A program made the position numbers and the translations under genes. A stretch of 64,000 bases of DNA from Thermoleophilia bacterium (GTDB lineage Bacteria > Actinomycetota > Thermoleophilia > Gaiellales > F1-60-MAGs149). Location: contig JBAXNN010000007.1 in NCBI GenBank assembly GCA_037133755.1, positions 26,545 to 90,544 on the forward strand. The letters run 5' to 3'. This document shows, one piece after another, positions 8,177-17,998 of the stretch (positions are counted from its first letter, which is position 1; each line of letters begins with the position of its first letter). The notes under the pieces are model-generated. The model searched no databases. It had not been told where the DNA came from and worked only from the letters and a program-made list of their open reading frames with translations.

Positions 8177-10552
8177 ATGGCCATCTCTCCGCCGCGCACT
8201 GAACTGCCTGCCGACGAACTGGAGACGCTCGACGCGATCCAGCGACGCGTCCTCTGGCTGGCGACGCGCATGATCGACTACGCCAACCATGAGCGTCCGT
8301 CCGACGACGACCTCAAGGTCGGCGGCCACCAAGCCTCCTCGGCGTCGATGGTGACGGCGATGACCGCACTGTATTTCCACTGGCTCAAGGCGGGTGACCG
8401 CGTCGCCGTCAAACCGCACGCCTCGCCGGTGCTGCACTCGATCAACTACCTGCTCGGTCGTCTGGATCGCGAGTACCTCACGACGCTGCGGGCGTTCGGT
8501 GGGCTGCAGTCGTACCCGTCGCGCACGAAGGATCCCGATCCGATCGACTTCTCGACCGGGTCCGTGGGGCTGGGAGCGGCGGCTCCGCTCTTTGCCAGCG
8601 TTGTCGATCGCTACGTCAACGCGCATTTCGATGCTGAGCCGGGTCGCCGCTTCGTGGCGCTGATGGGCGATGCCGAACTCGACGAGGGCAACGTCTGGGA
8701 GGCGCTCGCCGATCCGGCTGCGCGTGGCCTCGGTCAGCTCACCTGGATCGTCGACTTCAATCGCCAGAGCCTCGACCGTGTGATCCCCGGCGTGCGCTCG
8801 CAGGAGTTCACGCACGTCTTCCGCGACCACGGCTGGCAGGTCGAGATCGTCAAGTACGGCTCGAAGCTGCGCGAGGCCTTTGCGCGCGAGGGCGGCGACG
8901 CGCTCGAGCGCCGCATCGATGAGATGCCGAATCCCGAGTATCAGAGCCTGCTGCGCAAGAGTGGCGCCGACATTCGCAAGCTCGTGGTCGAGAACGCTCC
9001 GGCGGGCGACCGTACGGCGCTCGGGCGGGTGCTCGAGGCCTACGAGGATGCCGCGTTGCCCGAGTTGATTGGCGACCTCGGCGGGCACGATCTCGGCGAC
9101 ATGATTGCGGCGCTGAACCGCGCCGACGCCGACCCGACGCGCCCGACCGTGATCTTCGCCTTCACCGTCAAGGGGTGGGGGCTCCCGATGGCCGGGCATC
9201 CCATGAACCACTCCGCAATTCTCTCCACGCCGCAGATCGACGAGTTGCGGTCGCAGCTCGCCGATCCCAGCGACGAGTGGGCGGGCTTCGCGTCCGACTC
9301 TGCCGCAGGGCGTGTCTGCGTGGCCTCGGCCGAGCGCCTGAGCGAGCAGCATGCCGCGGCGCCAAAGCGTGTCGACCCGTACGCGATCCCGAACGAGTTT
9401 GGCCCGGTCACGTCGCGCAAGACGTCGAGCCAGGATGCGTTTGCCCGCGTCCTGCAGGACATCGCCAACGTCGAGGAGGTCGCGCGCAGCATCGTCACGA
9501 CCAGTCCCGACGTGTCGATCTCGACGGGTCTGGGTGGCTGGATCAACAAGCGCGGCGTGTTCAGCCCCGAGATCGAGGAGGTCTTCGAGATTGAAGACGC
9601 GGGCCCGCTCAAGTGGGAGCCGTCGCCGAAGGGCCAGCACATCGAGCTCGGCATCTCGGAGATGAACCTCTTCCTGCTGCTCGGCCAGCTCGGCCTCGGC
9701 GCCGAGTTGCATGGCCACCAGCTGCTGCCGGTCGGCACGGTCTACGACCCGTTCGTCTGCCGCGGTCTCGATGCGCTGATCTACTCGGTCTACTCCGGCG
9801 CCCGTTTTGTCTTCGCGGGTACGCCGTCCGGCGTCTCGCTGTCCCGTGAGGGTGGCGCGCACCAGTCGTCGATCACCGCCTCGATCGGTATGGAGTTGCC
9901 AGGCCTGACGATGTGGGAGCCCTGCTACGCCCTCGAAACCGAGTGGGTGATGCTCCACGGCCTGCGCGACATCGTGCTGCCCGATGGCGAGGCCCACTAC
10001 CTGCGCCTGTCGACCACGCCGGTCGCGCAGGATGCCTTCACCGGTCTCCTGGAGCGCAGCGACCGCGCGTCGCTACGCGACGACGTGCTGGCTGGCGGCT
10101 ACCGCCTGGCTGAGGCCGAGGTCGGCGGACCTGGCTCGCGCGTGGTGATCGCCGCGTGCGGTGCCATGATTCCGCAGGCGCTGGCGGCACGCGAGTTGCT
10201 CGCCGCCGAGGACATCGGCGCATCGATTGTCAACGTGACGAGTCCCGATCGCCTGTTCCGCGCACTCCGGACGCGGACGAACACGCTGCGGAGCGGACGC
10301 CTGAGCGACCCGTCGATTCTCGAGCGTCTCGTGCTGCCCGAGGAGCGCGGCGTGCCGCTCGTCACCGTGCATGACGCGGCACCGCACGCGCTGTCGTTCC
10401 TCGGGGCGGCATTCGCGGCACCGCTGATCCCGCTCGGTGTTGACCGCTTCGGCCAGTGCGGCTCGCAGCCTGAGGTCTACGAGTGGCTCGACCTCAGTGC
10501 CGAGGCGATCGCGGAGGCGGCCATCGCCGGCCTCTGGCGTCCCGACGCGTGA
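8177..10552 (+). CDS. Pyruvate dehydrogenase E1 (AceE-like) / transketolase-like ThDP enzyme
   Basis: GGHQASSAS, KPHASP, STGSVGLG, ThDP motif GDAELDEG...N(RQSLD), ELGISEMN, REGGAHQS, GVDRFGQ. Confidence 0.85.
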   Translation: MAISPPRTELPADELETLDAIQRRVLWLATRMIDYANHERPSDDDLKVGGHQASSASMVTAMTALYFHWLKAGDRVAVKPHASPVLHSINYLLGRLDREYLTTLRAFGGLQSYPSRTKDPDPIDFSTGSVGLGAAAPLFASVVDRYVNAHFDAEPGRRFVALMGDAELDEGNVWEALADPAARGLGQLTWIVDFNRQSLDRVIPGVRSQEFTHVFRDHGWQVEIVKYGSKLREAFAREGGDALERRIDEMPNPEYQSLLRKSGADIRKLVVENAPAGDRTALGRVLEAYEDAALPELIGDLGGHDLGDMIAALNRADADPTRPTVIFAFTVKGWGLPMAGHPMNHSAILSTPQIDELRSQLADPSDEWAGFASDSAAGRVCVASAERLSEQHAAAPKRVDPYAIPNEFGPVTSRKTSSQDAFARVLQDIANVEEVARSIVTTSPDVSISTGLGGWINKRGVFSPEIEEVFEIEDAGPLKWEPSPKGQHIELGISEMNLFLLLGQLGLGAELHGHQLLPVGTVYDPFVCRGLDALIYSVYSGARFVFAGTPSGVSLSREGGAHQSSITASIGMELPGLTMWEPCYALETEWVMLHGLRDIVLPDGEAHYLRLSTTPVAQDAFTGLLERSDRASLRDDVLAGGYRLAEAEVGGPGSRVVIAACGAMIPQALAARELLAAEDIGASIVNVTSPDRLFRALRTRTNTLRSGRLSDPSILERLVLPEERGVPLVTVHDAAPHALSFLGAAFAAPLIPLGVDRFGQCGSQPEVYEWLDLSAEAIAEAAIAGLWRPDA

Positions 10553-11313
10553 CCGACCTGCCCGAGCACGTTGCCGCGAATGCGCGGTACTGGAACGGTC
10601 GAGCGGCGAGCTTCGCTGTGGCCGGCGAGGAGGCCTGGTCGAGCGAGCCGCACTGGGGCATCTTCGGCGTGCCGGACGTGGAGGTCGGCGTCTTGCCTGC
10701 GTCGGTGGAGGGGTTGGACACGATCGAGCTCGGGTGCGGCACGGCGTACGTGTCGGCGTGGCTCGCGCGGCGTGGAGCGCGGCCCGCGGGTATCGATATC
10801 TCCGAGGAGCAGCTCGCGACTGCCCGCCGGCTGCAAGCAGCTCACGCACTGGAGTTCCCGCTGCTGCACGGCAACGCGGAGCGGACGCCGTTTGCCGACG
10901 ATTCGTTCGACCTGGCAATCTCCGAGTTCGGCGCGAGCATCTGGTGCGATCCGCACGTCTGGATTCCGGAGGCAGCGCGCATCCTGCGGCCTGGTGGCGA
11001 GCTCATCTTCCTCGTCGGTTCGGTGATCGGCATGCTCTGCGTCGGTGATCTCGCCGATGACGTCGTAGGGACCGAGCTGATGCGACCGCAACGCGGCATG
11101 GGCGTGTTCGACTGGCCGGACGAGGATGCCGTGGAGTTCCACGTGTCGCACGGCGAGCAGATCCGCATCCTGCGCGAGAGTGGCTTCGAGCTGGAGGAGC
11201 TGATCGAGCTCTACGTCTCGGCAGATGCCACGACGCGTTTCCCGTACGTCACGGGCGAGTGGGCCTCGCAGTGGCCTGTCGAAGAGGTGTGGCGGGCGCG
11301 CCTGCGCGGCTGA
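10549..11313 (+). CDS. Class I SAM-dependent methyltransferase
   Basis: Motif I IELGCGTA, GIDIS, NAERTPFADDSFDL, RILRPGG; GTG start overlaps the upstream TGA. Confidence 0.9.
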   Translation: MTDLPEHVAANARYWNGRAASFAVAGEEAWSSEPHWGIFGVPDVEVGVLPASVEGLDTIELGCGTAYVSAWLARRGARPAGIDISEEQLATARRLQAAHALEFPLLHGNAERTPFADDSFDLAISEFGASIWCDPHVWIPEAARILRPGGELIFLVGSVIGMLCVGDLADDVVGTELMRPQRGMGVFDWPDEDAVEFHVSHGEQIRILRESGFELEELIELYVSADATTRFPYVTGEWASQWPVEEVWRARLRG

Positions 11314-11314
11314 G

Positions 11315-12454
11315 TTATCTCAGTCGGCGGACGATCACCAGCGAGACGACGGCCACCACGCAGAGCAGCAGCAGTGCGCGCTCGGCTCCGACGGAACCGT
11401 GCACGAGGCCTGCGCTGATGGCGCCAAGGGCGGCAGCGGGGCCCCACGTGACGTTCATCAGGAAGGTGCCGTGGGCAGGATCCCCGCCCAGGTCGCTGAT
11501 GCCGTCACCGACGAGTGCGAGGCCTGGACCGGCGACGGCCAGCAGGAACGCGCCGGCAATGGCGATCAAGGCGACGGTCGAGACCTCGAACGCCACGGCG
11601 ACGATCAGGAAGATCGCGATGGCCGCTACGACCAACGCGAGCATGAGCGGCTTGCGACGCCCAAGGCGATCGCTGGCCTTGCCGATGCGCGGGGCGACGA
11701 AGACATTGATGACGGCGATACCGCTGAAGGCGATCGCGATGATCGTCGAGCCTGCTCCGATCTCGTCGAGACGGTACGTCCCCGACAGCGTCAGCACACC
11801 GAGTGCGAAGCCCGGGACCGACGTGATCCAGAGGCCGGTGCGCACCTTCTTCGAGGAAAGGTACGACCACATCTCGCGCATCGGTGCGTGCTCCGTGTTC
11901 GGTACCGTCGGCAGCCGGGTGAGGAGGGCTGCGACGACCGCCTGTCCACCTGCCACGACCGTGAAGACCGGAGCGCGTCCGAATTCCACGGCCAGCGAAC
12001 CGATCAACGGGCCGACTGCCGAGCCTGCGGCCGACCCGCTGTAGACGGTCCCGATCGCCCCGCCGCGTTGTTCACTGCCGGCCATCGCACCGGCTGCCGC
12101 GAGGAGTCCGGTGTAGGCCGTCACGCTGCCGGCGCCCACGATGATGCGGGCGACCATCAGTACCGCGAAGGTATCGCCAACCGCGAAACCCAAGGTCGCG
12201 ATGGCCACCATACCGATGCCGATCGTCGCGGTGGCGCGTGGCCCAAAGCGCGCGGCAAGCCGATAGGCCGGGTAGGCCCCGAGCCAGTATCCGATTGCGA
12301 AGCCCGCGACGAGCAGGCCCGCTTTGTCCTGCTTGAAGCCGAACTCGTCGTCGAGTGTCGTGAGCATCGGCGCGAGCGCGGTGTAGAACAGCGCCTCGGA
12401 CATTGCGCCGAGGGCGCAGATGAGGATCGCGAGACGAAGGTTCGTGATGCGCAT
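11315..12454 (-). CDS. MFS transporter
   Basis: About 12 hydrophobic segments; motif-A-like LAARFGPR and GKASDRLGRR. Confidence 0.9.
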   Translation of the reverse strand: MRITNLRLAILICALGAMSEALFYTALAPMLTTLDDEFGFKQDKAGLLVAGFAIGYWLGAYPAYRLAARFGPRATATIGIGMVAIATLGFAVGDTFAVLMVARIIVGAGSVTAYTGLLAAAGAMAGSEQRGGAIGTVYSGSAAGSAVGPLIGSLAVEFGRAPVFTVVAGGQAVVAALLTRLPTVPNTEHAPMREMWSYLSSKKVRTGLWITSVPGFALGVLTLSGTYRLDEIGAGSTIIAIAFSGIAVINVFVAPRIGKASDRLGRRKPLMLALVVAAIAIFLIVAVAFEVSTVALIAIAGAFLLAVAGPGLALVGDGISDLGGDPAHGTFLMNVTWGPAAALGAISAGLVHGSVGAERALLLLCVVAVVSLVIVRRLR

Positions 12455-12491
12455 ATCCGCGCCATCCTACTCGCCGCGCTACGGTGGCTCA

Positions 12492-13439
12492 ATGAGCAGC
12501 ATTCCGGCCCAGTTTCCGCGCGAGACCGATCCAGTGGGGCGCTTTGTCCGACAACAGAGCAGGTTCTTGGATCACGTCTGCCCCAACGGCACGACGAACT
12601 ACCCGGCCACGAAGGACCGGTATGTGCTCTACGTGTCGTATGCCTGCCCGTGGGCGCACCGCGCGATCATCGTGCGCCGGCTCAAGCGCCTGGAGGACGT
12701 GGTGCCGATGGTCGCGGTCAATCCCTACCGGGACGAGCGTGGCTGGGGGTTCGGCGATCCCGTCGGCTCCGACGCTGAGCCGTACGAGGGCTTCCGCTTC
12801 CTCTCCGAGGCGTACGCGATCGCCGACCCGGCGTTCGAGGGGCGCGTCACCGTCCCGACGATGTGGGATCGCGAGACCCGCACGATCGTGTGCAACGAGT
12901 CCGCCCTCATCATGCGCATGCTCGACAAGGCCTTCGACGCCTTCACCGACGTGCGCCTCGACTTGCGCCCGCAGGAGCTGATCGCCGAGATCGACGCACT
13001 CGAGGAGCGCATCTACGACGCGGTCAACAACGGCGTCTACCGGAGCGGCTTCGCCAGCACGCAGGAGGCGTACGATGAGGCCGTCAGCGAGCTGTTCGCC
13101 ATGCTCGACGAGCTCGACGAGCGCCTGGCCACGCGTCGCTATCTGATGGGGCCCGCGATCACCGAGGTCGATTGGCGCCTCTTCACGACGCTGGCACGCT
13201 TCGACCCCGTGTACGTCGGCCACTTCAAGACCAACATCCGCCGCATCAGCGACTACCCGAACCTCGGGCCGTACTTCCGCGACCTGTACCAGCAGCCGGA
13301 TGTCGCCGAAACCGTCTGGCTCGACCACATCAAGACGCACTACTACACGACCCATCTGCAGCTGAATCCGACGGGGATCATCCCGGCCGGCCCGGCGCTC
13401 GATTGGGATGCGCCGCACGGGCGCGAGCAGCTGAGCTAG
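12492..13439 (+). CDS. Glutathionyl-hydroquinone reductase (Xi-class GST, YqjG-like)
   Basis: YVSYACPWAHR, TVPTMWD, CNES, NNGVYRSGFA, TLARFDPVY, NPTGIIPAGP. Confidence 0.92.
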   Translation: MSSIPAQFPRETDPVGRFVRQQSRFLDHVCPNGTTNYPATKDRYVLYVSYACPWAHRAIIVRRLKRLEDVVPMVAVNPYRDERGWGFGDPVGSDAEPYEGFRFLSEAYAIADPAFEGRVTVPTMWDRETRTIVCNESALIMRMLDKAFDAFTDVRLDLRPQELIAEIDALEERIYDAVNNGVYRSGFASTQEAYDEAVSELFAMLDELDERLATRRYLMGPAITEVDWRLFTTLARFDPVYVGHFKTNIRRISDYPNLGPYFRDLYQQPDVAETVWLDHIKTHYYTTHLQLNPTGIIPAGPALDWDAPHGREQLS

Positions 13440-14632
13440 CCCGCGTCGCGCTGCTGCGGCATGCCGCCCGCGTAGACGGCCGTCTCGAATTCGAGATACG
13501 CGCCGAGCGCGTGGTCGTCGCAGAACGGCAGGAGCTGCGTTGCCCACACGCCGCCGAGGCTATTGCGGCGGTCGATCCAGAGAAACACGTTTGCGAGGCC
13601 GCCCCAGGCGAGCGAACCAGCAGCACGCCCGGTCGGTGCGTCCTCGTCGTTCACCATGAAGCTGTACGCCCACGACTTGTTCAGGCCGGGGAAGAACTCG
13701 ACGGGGCGCGACAGGGTGAGGTCGGTCGAGGGCAGCCCAACGACGCGTTGATCTCCCTGCAGTCCGTTTTCCACAGCGAAGGCGATCGTCTCGGGGCGCA
13801 GCACGGTGTGGCCGAGCGCCGTTCCGTCACCCAGCCAGACGGGGAGAAATCGCATGTAGTCGGCCACGGTGGAGTAGAGACCACTGCCACCCATGTGCAC
13901 TTCGGGGTCCGTAAGCGGCTCGAGCTCGAGCGGCACGAGGACGCCGTCGCCGCGCGCGTGGATCGTCGCGAGGCGAGAGCGCATTGACGGTGAGCACGTG
14001 AAGCCCGTGTCGATCATGCCGAGCGGGCCGAAGATGCGTTCGGCCATCACGTCGCCGAGCCGCTGGCCGCGAATAGCCTCGACGACGAGCCCCGCCCAGT
14101 CCATGCTGATCCCGTACTCCCAGCGCTCGCCGGGATCGAAGAGCAGCGGGGACATCAGTGAGGCCATTTGCGCCGACCCGACGGACGGCATGAACCCGAG
14201 CTTCGTGAGGCGGCTGTAGGACTCGTTGAAGACGTCGTAGGCGAAACCAGCGGTGTGCAGCATCAGCATCCGCGTCGTGATCTCACGGCACGGCGCACGC
14301 AAGACGGGTTGCTCATCCGCATCGAAGCCGACCAACACGTGGAGGTCGCCGATCGCCGGCACATACTGCGACGCGGGTGCGTCGAGATTGAGCAGCCCCT
14401 CTTCCACGCATTGCAGCACGGCGGTTGCCGTTAGCGGCTTGGTCGCGGAGAACAGGGCAAACACCGTGTCTGTCGTCATCGGCGCGTCGGCGCCGAGGCT
14501 GCGGACTCCGACGCTGCCGCTGTAGAGCGTCTGCTCGCGGCTTGTGACCATCGCGACGGCGCCTGCGAGGCGCTCCCCGTCACCCACCGCGCGGTGCAGC
14601 ACGGCATCGAGCGTTCCGTCGAATGCGTTCAA
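13436..14632 (-). CDS. Serine hydrolase / esterase (beta-lactamase fold, EstB/LovD-like)
   Basis: SxxK = SATK, LMLHTAG, PGERWEYG, GGSGLYST, WGG. TTG start inferred from AGGGAG upstream; start uncertain. Confidence 0.85.
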   Translation of the reverse strand: MNAFDGTLDAVLHRAVGDGERLAGAVAMVTSREQTLYSGSVGVRSLGADAPMTTDTVFALFSATKPLTATAVLQCVEEGLLNLDAPASQYVPAIGDLHVLVGFDADEQPVLRAPCREITTRMLMLHTAGFAYDVFNESYSRLTKLGFMPSVGSAQMASLMSPLLFDPGERWEYGISMDWAGLVVEAIRGQRLGDVMAERIFGPLGMIDTGFTCSPSMRSRLATIHARGDGVLVPLELEPLTDPEVHMGGSGLYSTVADYMRFLPVWLGDGTALGHTVLRPETIAFAVENGLQGDQRVVGLPSTDLTLSRPVEFFPGLNKSWAYSFMVNDEDAPTGRAAGSLAWGGLANVFLWIDRRNSLGGVWATQLLPFCDDHALGAYLEFETAVYAGGMPQQRDAG

Positions 14633-14757
14633 GGGCTGCTCCCTGGTCGTGGGTGGGGAGCGTCGCCGCGACCGCCCGTCGGATCCCGATGGTATCCCGA
14701 CGCGCGAGCGGTATGCAACCGGCGCGACTGCTCGCTGGGTCGTGCCCCGAGAACGAG

Positions 14758-14782
14758 AAAAGCCCCGCCGAAGCGGGGCTTT
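14758..14782 (-). terminator. Intrinsic terminator of tRNA-Gly (cUUCGg loop, possibly bidirectional)
   Basis: AAAGCCCCGC-TTCG-GCGGGGCTTTT on the minus strand. Confidence 0.85.
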
Positions 14783-14788
14783 CACGAG

Positions 14789-14862
14789 AGCGGATGATGG
14801 GGCTCGAACCCACGACCTTCGCCATGGCAAGGCGACGCTCTAGCCAACTGAGCTACATCCGC
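14789..14862 (-). tRNA. tRNA-Gly (GCC)
   Basis: GCGGATG/CATCCGC acceptor stem, D-arm GCTC...GAGC, anticodon loop TT-GCC-AT, T-loop TTCGAGC; CCA not encoded; TATACT upstream. Confidence 0.96.
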
Positions 14863-14987
14863 GTGGAACGGGAGTATAGCCAGAGGCTGCTTTGGGACGC
14901 GACGATCTGTCGCGCGTTCGGATACGCACGGTAGGCTGCCGCTATACGGGCAGATGACTGTCCCGTCTAGCGCCTGAAGGAGTCGGC

Positions 14988-16649
14988 ATGTCGGAAGCAC
15001 CCCCGGTCGTACGCGCACCGCGCGGTACGGAGCTCACCTGCAAGGGGTGGCTTCAGGAAGCCGCGCTCCGCATGCTGATGAACAACCTCGATCCGGATGT
15101 CGCCGAGGCACCGGAGAAGCTGGTCGTCTATGGCGGTACGGGCAAGGCCGCTCGCTCGTGGCCCGACTTTCACAAGATCGTGGAGACGCTCAAGCGCCTT
15201 GAGAACGACGAGACCATGCTCGTGCAGTCGGGGCGTGCCGTCGGCGTCTTTCGCACGCACGAGCTCGCGCCGCGCGTGCTGCTCGCCAACTCGCTGCTCG
15301 TGCCCGAGTGGGGCACGTGGGAGGAGTTCCGGCGCCTCGAGGCGATGGGACTGACGATGTACGGCCAGATGACGGCCGGCTCGTGGATCTACATCGGCTC
15401 GCAGGGCATCGTGCAGGGCACGTATGAGACGTTCGCGGCGATCGCCGAGCAGCGGTTTGGCGGGTCGCTCAAGGGACGCATCGTGCTGACCGCTGGCCTC
15501 GGCGGCATGGGTGGCGCCCAGCCGCTCGCCGTCACCCTCAACGGTGGTGTCGCGCTGTGCGTCGAGATCGACGCCGACCACATCGATCGGCGCATTCGGG
15601 AGCGCTACTGCGACGAGCGCTACGACGATATCGACGAGGCGATCGCCCGCGTCGAGGAGGCGCGTGCCAACGGCGAGGCCGTCTCGATCGGCCTGCTTGG
15701 CAACGCCGCCGAGGTGCTGCCCGCACTCCTCGAGCGCAACTTCCTGCCCGACATCGTCACCGACCAGACATCGGCACACGACCCGCTCGTCGGCTACATC
15801 CCCGTGGGCTTCAGCGTCGAGGGTGCCGAGGATCTCCGCGAGGTGCATCCCGACAAGTACATCGACCTGGCCCGACAGTCGATCGTCCGCCACGTGCAGG
15901 CGATGATCGAATTCAAGGCCCGTGGCGCCGAGGTATTCGACTACGGTAATGCGCTGCGGACCGAGGCACGGACTGGCGGCCTGAGGAACGCCTTCGACTA
16001 TCCCGGCTTCGTCGAGGCCTACGTACGCCCGCTGTTCTGCCGCGGCATTGGCCCGTTCCGCTGGGCCGCGCTGTCCGGCGACCCGAACGACATCGCGGTC
16101 ACCGACAACGCGATGCGCGAGCTGTTCCCTGACAACGAGCGCCTGCAGCGCTGGCTCGACGGTGCGCAGGAGAAGATCGCTTTCCAGGGCCTGCCGGCGC
16201 GCATCTGCTGGATCGGCCACGGCGATCGCCATCGTGCCGGTCTGCGCTTCAACGAGCTCGTCGCCTCGGGCGAGGTCTCGGCGCCGCTCGTGATCGGCCG
16301 CGACCACCTCGATTCCGGCTCTGTCGCCTCGCCGTACCGCGAGACGGAGGGCATGATGGACGGCTCCGACGCGATCGCCGACTGGCCCGTGCTCAACGCG
16401 ATGCTCAACGTCGCCTCAGGCGCCGCCTGGGTGGCGCTGCATCACGGCGGCGGCGTCGGCATCGGCCGCTCGATCCATTCGGGCGCCCAGGTCGTCGCCG
16501 ACGGCACGGAAGAGGGAGCGTTCCGCGTGGAGCGCGTCCTCTGGAACGACCCCGGTACGGGCGTCATGCGCCACGCCCACGCCGGTTACGACATCGCCAA
16601 GCAGGCTGCCAAGAGCGGCGGCCTCGACCTCCCGGGGATCACCACATGA
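14988..16649 (+). CDS. hutU: Urocanate hydratase
   Basis: [70 protein letters not shown]. Confidence 0.97.
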   Translation: MSEAPPVVRAPRGTELTCKGWLQEAALRMLMNNLDPDVAEAPEKLVVYGGTGKAARSWPDFHKIVETLKRLENDETMLVQSGRAVGVFRTHELAPRVLLANSLLVPEWGTWEEFRRLEAMGLTMYGQMTAGSWIYIGSQGIVQGTYETFAAIAEQRFGGSLKGRIVLTAGLGGMGGAQPLAVTLNGGVALCVEIDADHIDRRIRERYCDERYDDIDEAIARVEEARANGEAVSIGLLGNAAEVLPALLERNFLPDIVTDQTSAHDPLVGYIPVGFSVEGAEDLREVHPDKYIDLARQSIVRHVQAMIEFKARGAEVFDYGNALRTEARTGGLRNAFDYPGFVEAYVRPLFCRGIGPFRWAALSGDPNDIAVTDNAMRELFPDNERLQRWLDGAQEKIAFQGLPARICWIGHGDRHRAGLRFNELVASGEVSAPLVIGRDHLDSGSVASPYRETEGMMDGSDAIADWPVLNAMLNVASGAAWVALHHGGGVGIGRSIHSGAQVVADGTEEGAFRVERVLWNDPGTGVMRHAHAGYDIAKQAAKSGGLDLPGITT

Positions 16650-17941
16650 CCTGGCTCCTGCCCGACCTCGTCCTCGACGCCGATGGCGTCCGCCGCGATA
16701 TCGCCGTGCAGCTGGAGGACGGCATGATCAGCGCCGTTGTCCCCGCTGCCGACGCGCCTGCTGACGCACTGCGTCTCACGCGCTCTGCGCTGCTGCCCGG
16801 CTTCGTCAACGCGCACTCGCACGCCTTCCAGCGCGACCTGCGCGGTGCCGTCGAGCGGATCGACCCGGCCAATCCCGACGACGACTTCTGGACGTGGCGC
16901 GACGAGATGTACGCCCAGGCCGGCAGCATGACGCCGGAGAAGATCCACGACGTGGCGCGCCGCTGCTACCGCCAGATGCGCGCCAGCGGTGCCACCAGCG
17001 TGGGTGAGTTTCATTACGTGCACCATCAGCCCGACGGCACGTACTACGACAATCCGAACGCGCTGTCGGAAGCCGTCTGCGAGGCGGCTGAGGCCGAAGG
17101 GCTGCGCATCGTGATGCTGCTCGTGGCCTACGAACGCGGCGGCAAGGACATCGAGCCGACGCCGGGTCAGCGGCGGTTCTGCGATCCGAGCGTCGAGGCG
17201 TACCTCGCGCGCCTGGAGTCGATGCGCGTCTGGGCGGAGGATCGCCCACTCGTGACCGTCGGCTCGGCGCCGCACTCCATGCGTGCCGTCTCGCCTGAGT
17301 GGCTCACGGCGATCAGCGAGTACACCCGCAAGCACGAGTTGCCGCTGCACATCCACGCCGATGAGCAGCCGCGCGAGATCCGCGAGTCGCTCGAGTGGTA
17401 CGACCTGCGTCCCGTCCAGGTGATCGACAAGGCGGGTGCGCTCGACCACCGCACGGTGATCGTGCACGGGACGCACTGCGATGACGCCGAGCTCGACCTG
17501 CTCGCCGCGCGTAAGGCGGGCGTCTGCGTGTGCCCGACGACCGAGGCCAACCTCGGCGACGGCTACGCGCCGGTCAAGCGGATGTTCGAGCGCGGCATCT
17601 CGGTGTCACTCGGCTCCGACTCGAACACGATTCTCGACCCGATCGTCGAGGCGCGCGAGCTGGAGGCAATGGCTCGTCGCACCGCCGGGCAGCGCAACGT
17701 CCTGGTCCGCAAGGGCGATCCCGGCCCGGCCGGCTACCTGCTTGAGGCCTCGTGGGACGCGGGCGCGCGTGCGCTCGGATTGCCCATGCCGCGCATCGCG
17801 GTCGGCGCTCCCGCCGACCTGATCGCGCTCGATCTCGACAACGACGAGATCCTCGGCGTCGCCGACGAGCACCTGGCCGCCGCGATCATGCTGGCGGGCT
17901 CCTGCCAACTGGTCACGCGCACCTGGGTCGCCGGCGTCTAA
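16646..17941 (+). CDS. hutF: Formimidoylglutamate deiminase (amidohydrolase)
   Basis: [49 protein letters not shown]; coupled to hutU (ATGA). Confidence 0.88.
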   Translation: MTWLLPDLVLDADGVRRDIAVQLEDGMISAVVPAADAPADALRLTRSALLPGFVNAHSHAFQRDLRGAVERIDPANPDDDFWTWRDEMYAQAGSMTPEKIHDVARRCYRQMRASGATSVGEFHYVHHQPDGTYYDNPNALSEAVCEAAEAEGLRIVMLLVAYERGGKDIEPTPGQRRFCDPSVEAYLARLESMRVWAEDRPLVTVGSAPHSMRAVSPEWLTAISEYTRKHELPLHIHADEQPREIRESLEWYDLRPVQVIDKAGALDHRTVIVHGTHCDDAELDLLAARKAGVCVCPTTEANLGDGYAPVKRMFERGISVSLGSDSNTILDPIVEARELEAMARRTAGQRNVLVRKGDPGPAGYLLEASWDAGARALGLPMPRIAVGAPADLIALDLDNDEILGVADEHLAAAIMLAGSCQLVTRTWVAGV

Positions 17942-17947
17942 CGATCC

Positions 17948-17998
17948 TGACGTTCGGCTTTGCTTTGGTGCCTGGCACCAAAGCAAAGCCGTGCGTCA
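17948..17998. repeat. Long inverted repeat between convergent genes (bidirectional terminator or REP-like)
   Basis: Perfect 18-bp arms CGGCTTTGCTTTGGTGCC-T-GGCACCAAAGCAAAGCCG (17955-17991), with further TGACG/CGTCA pairing outside. Confidence 0.9.

Noticed and set aside
12492-13439. Glutathione enzyme in an actinobacterium as evidence of horizontal transfer
   Set aside because: YqjG-like Xi-class GSTs are known in Actinomycetota, and the composition matches the flanks.
13436-14830. ORF-track long starts (14830, 19531, 54639, 60969, 57804, 33089, 21708, 12420)
   Set aside because: The extensions run through a tRNA, neighbouring genes or promoters; shorter starts are supported by -10/SD positions and domain boundaries.
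14988-16649. hutU as a thiourocanate hydratase working with DUF917
   Set aside because: It is 40 kb away, coupled to hutF and has canonical HutU motifs, so histidine catabolism is the simpler reading.
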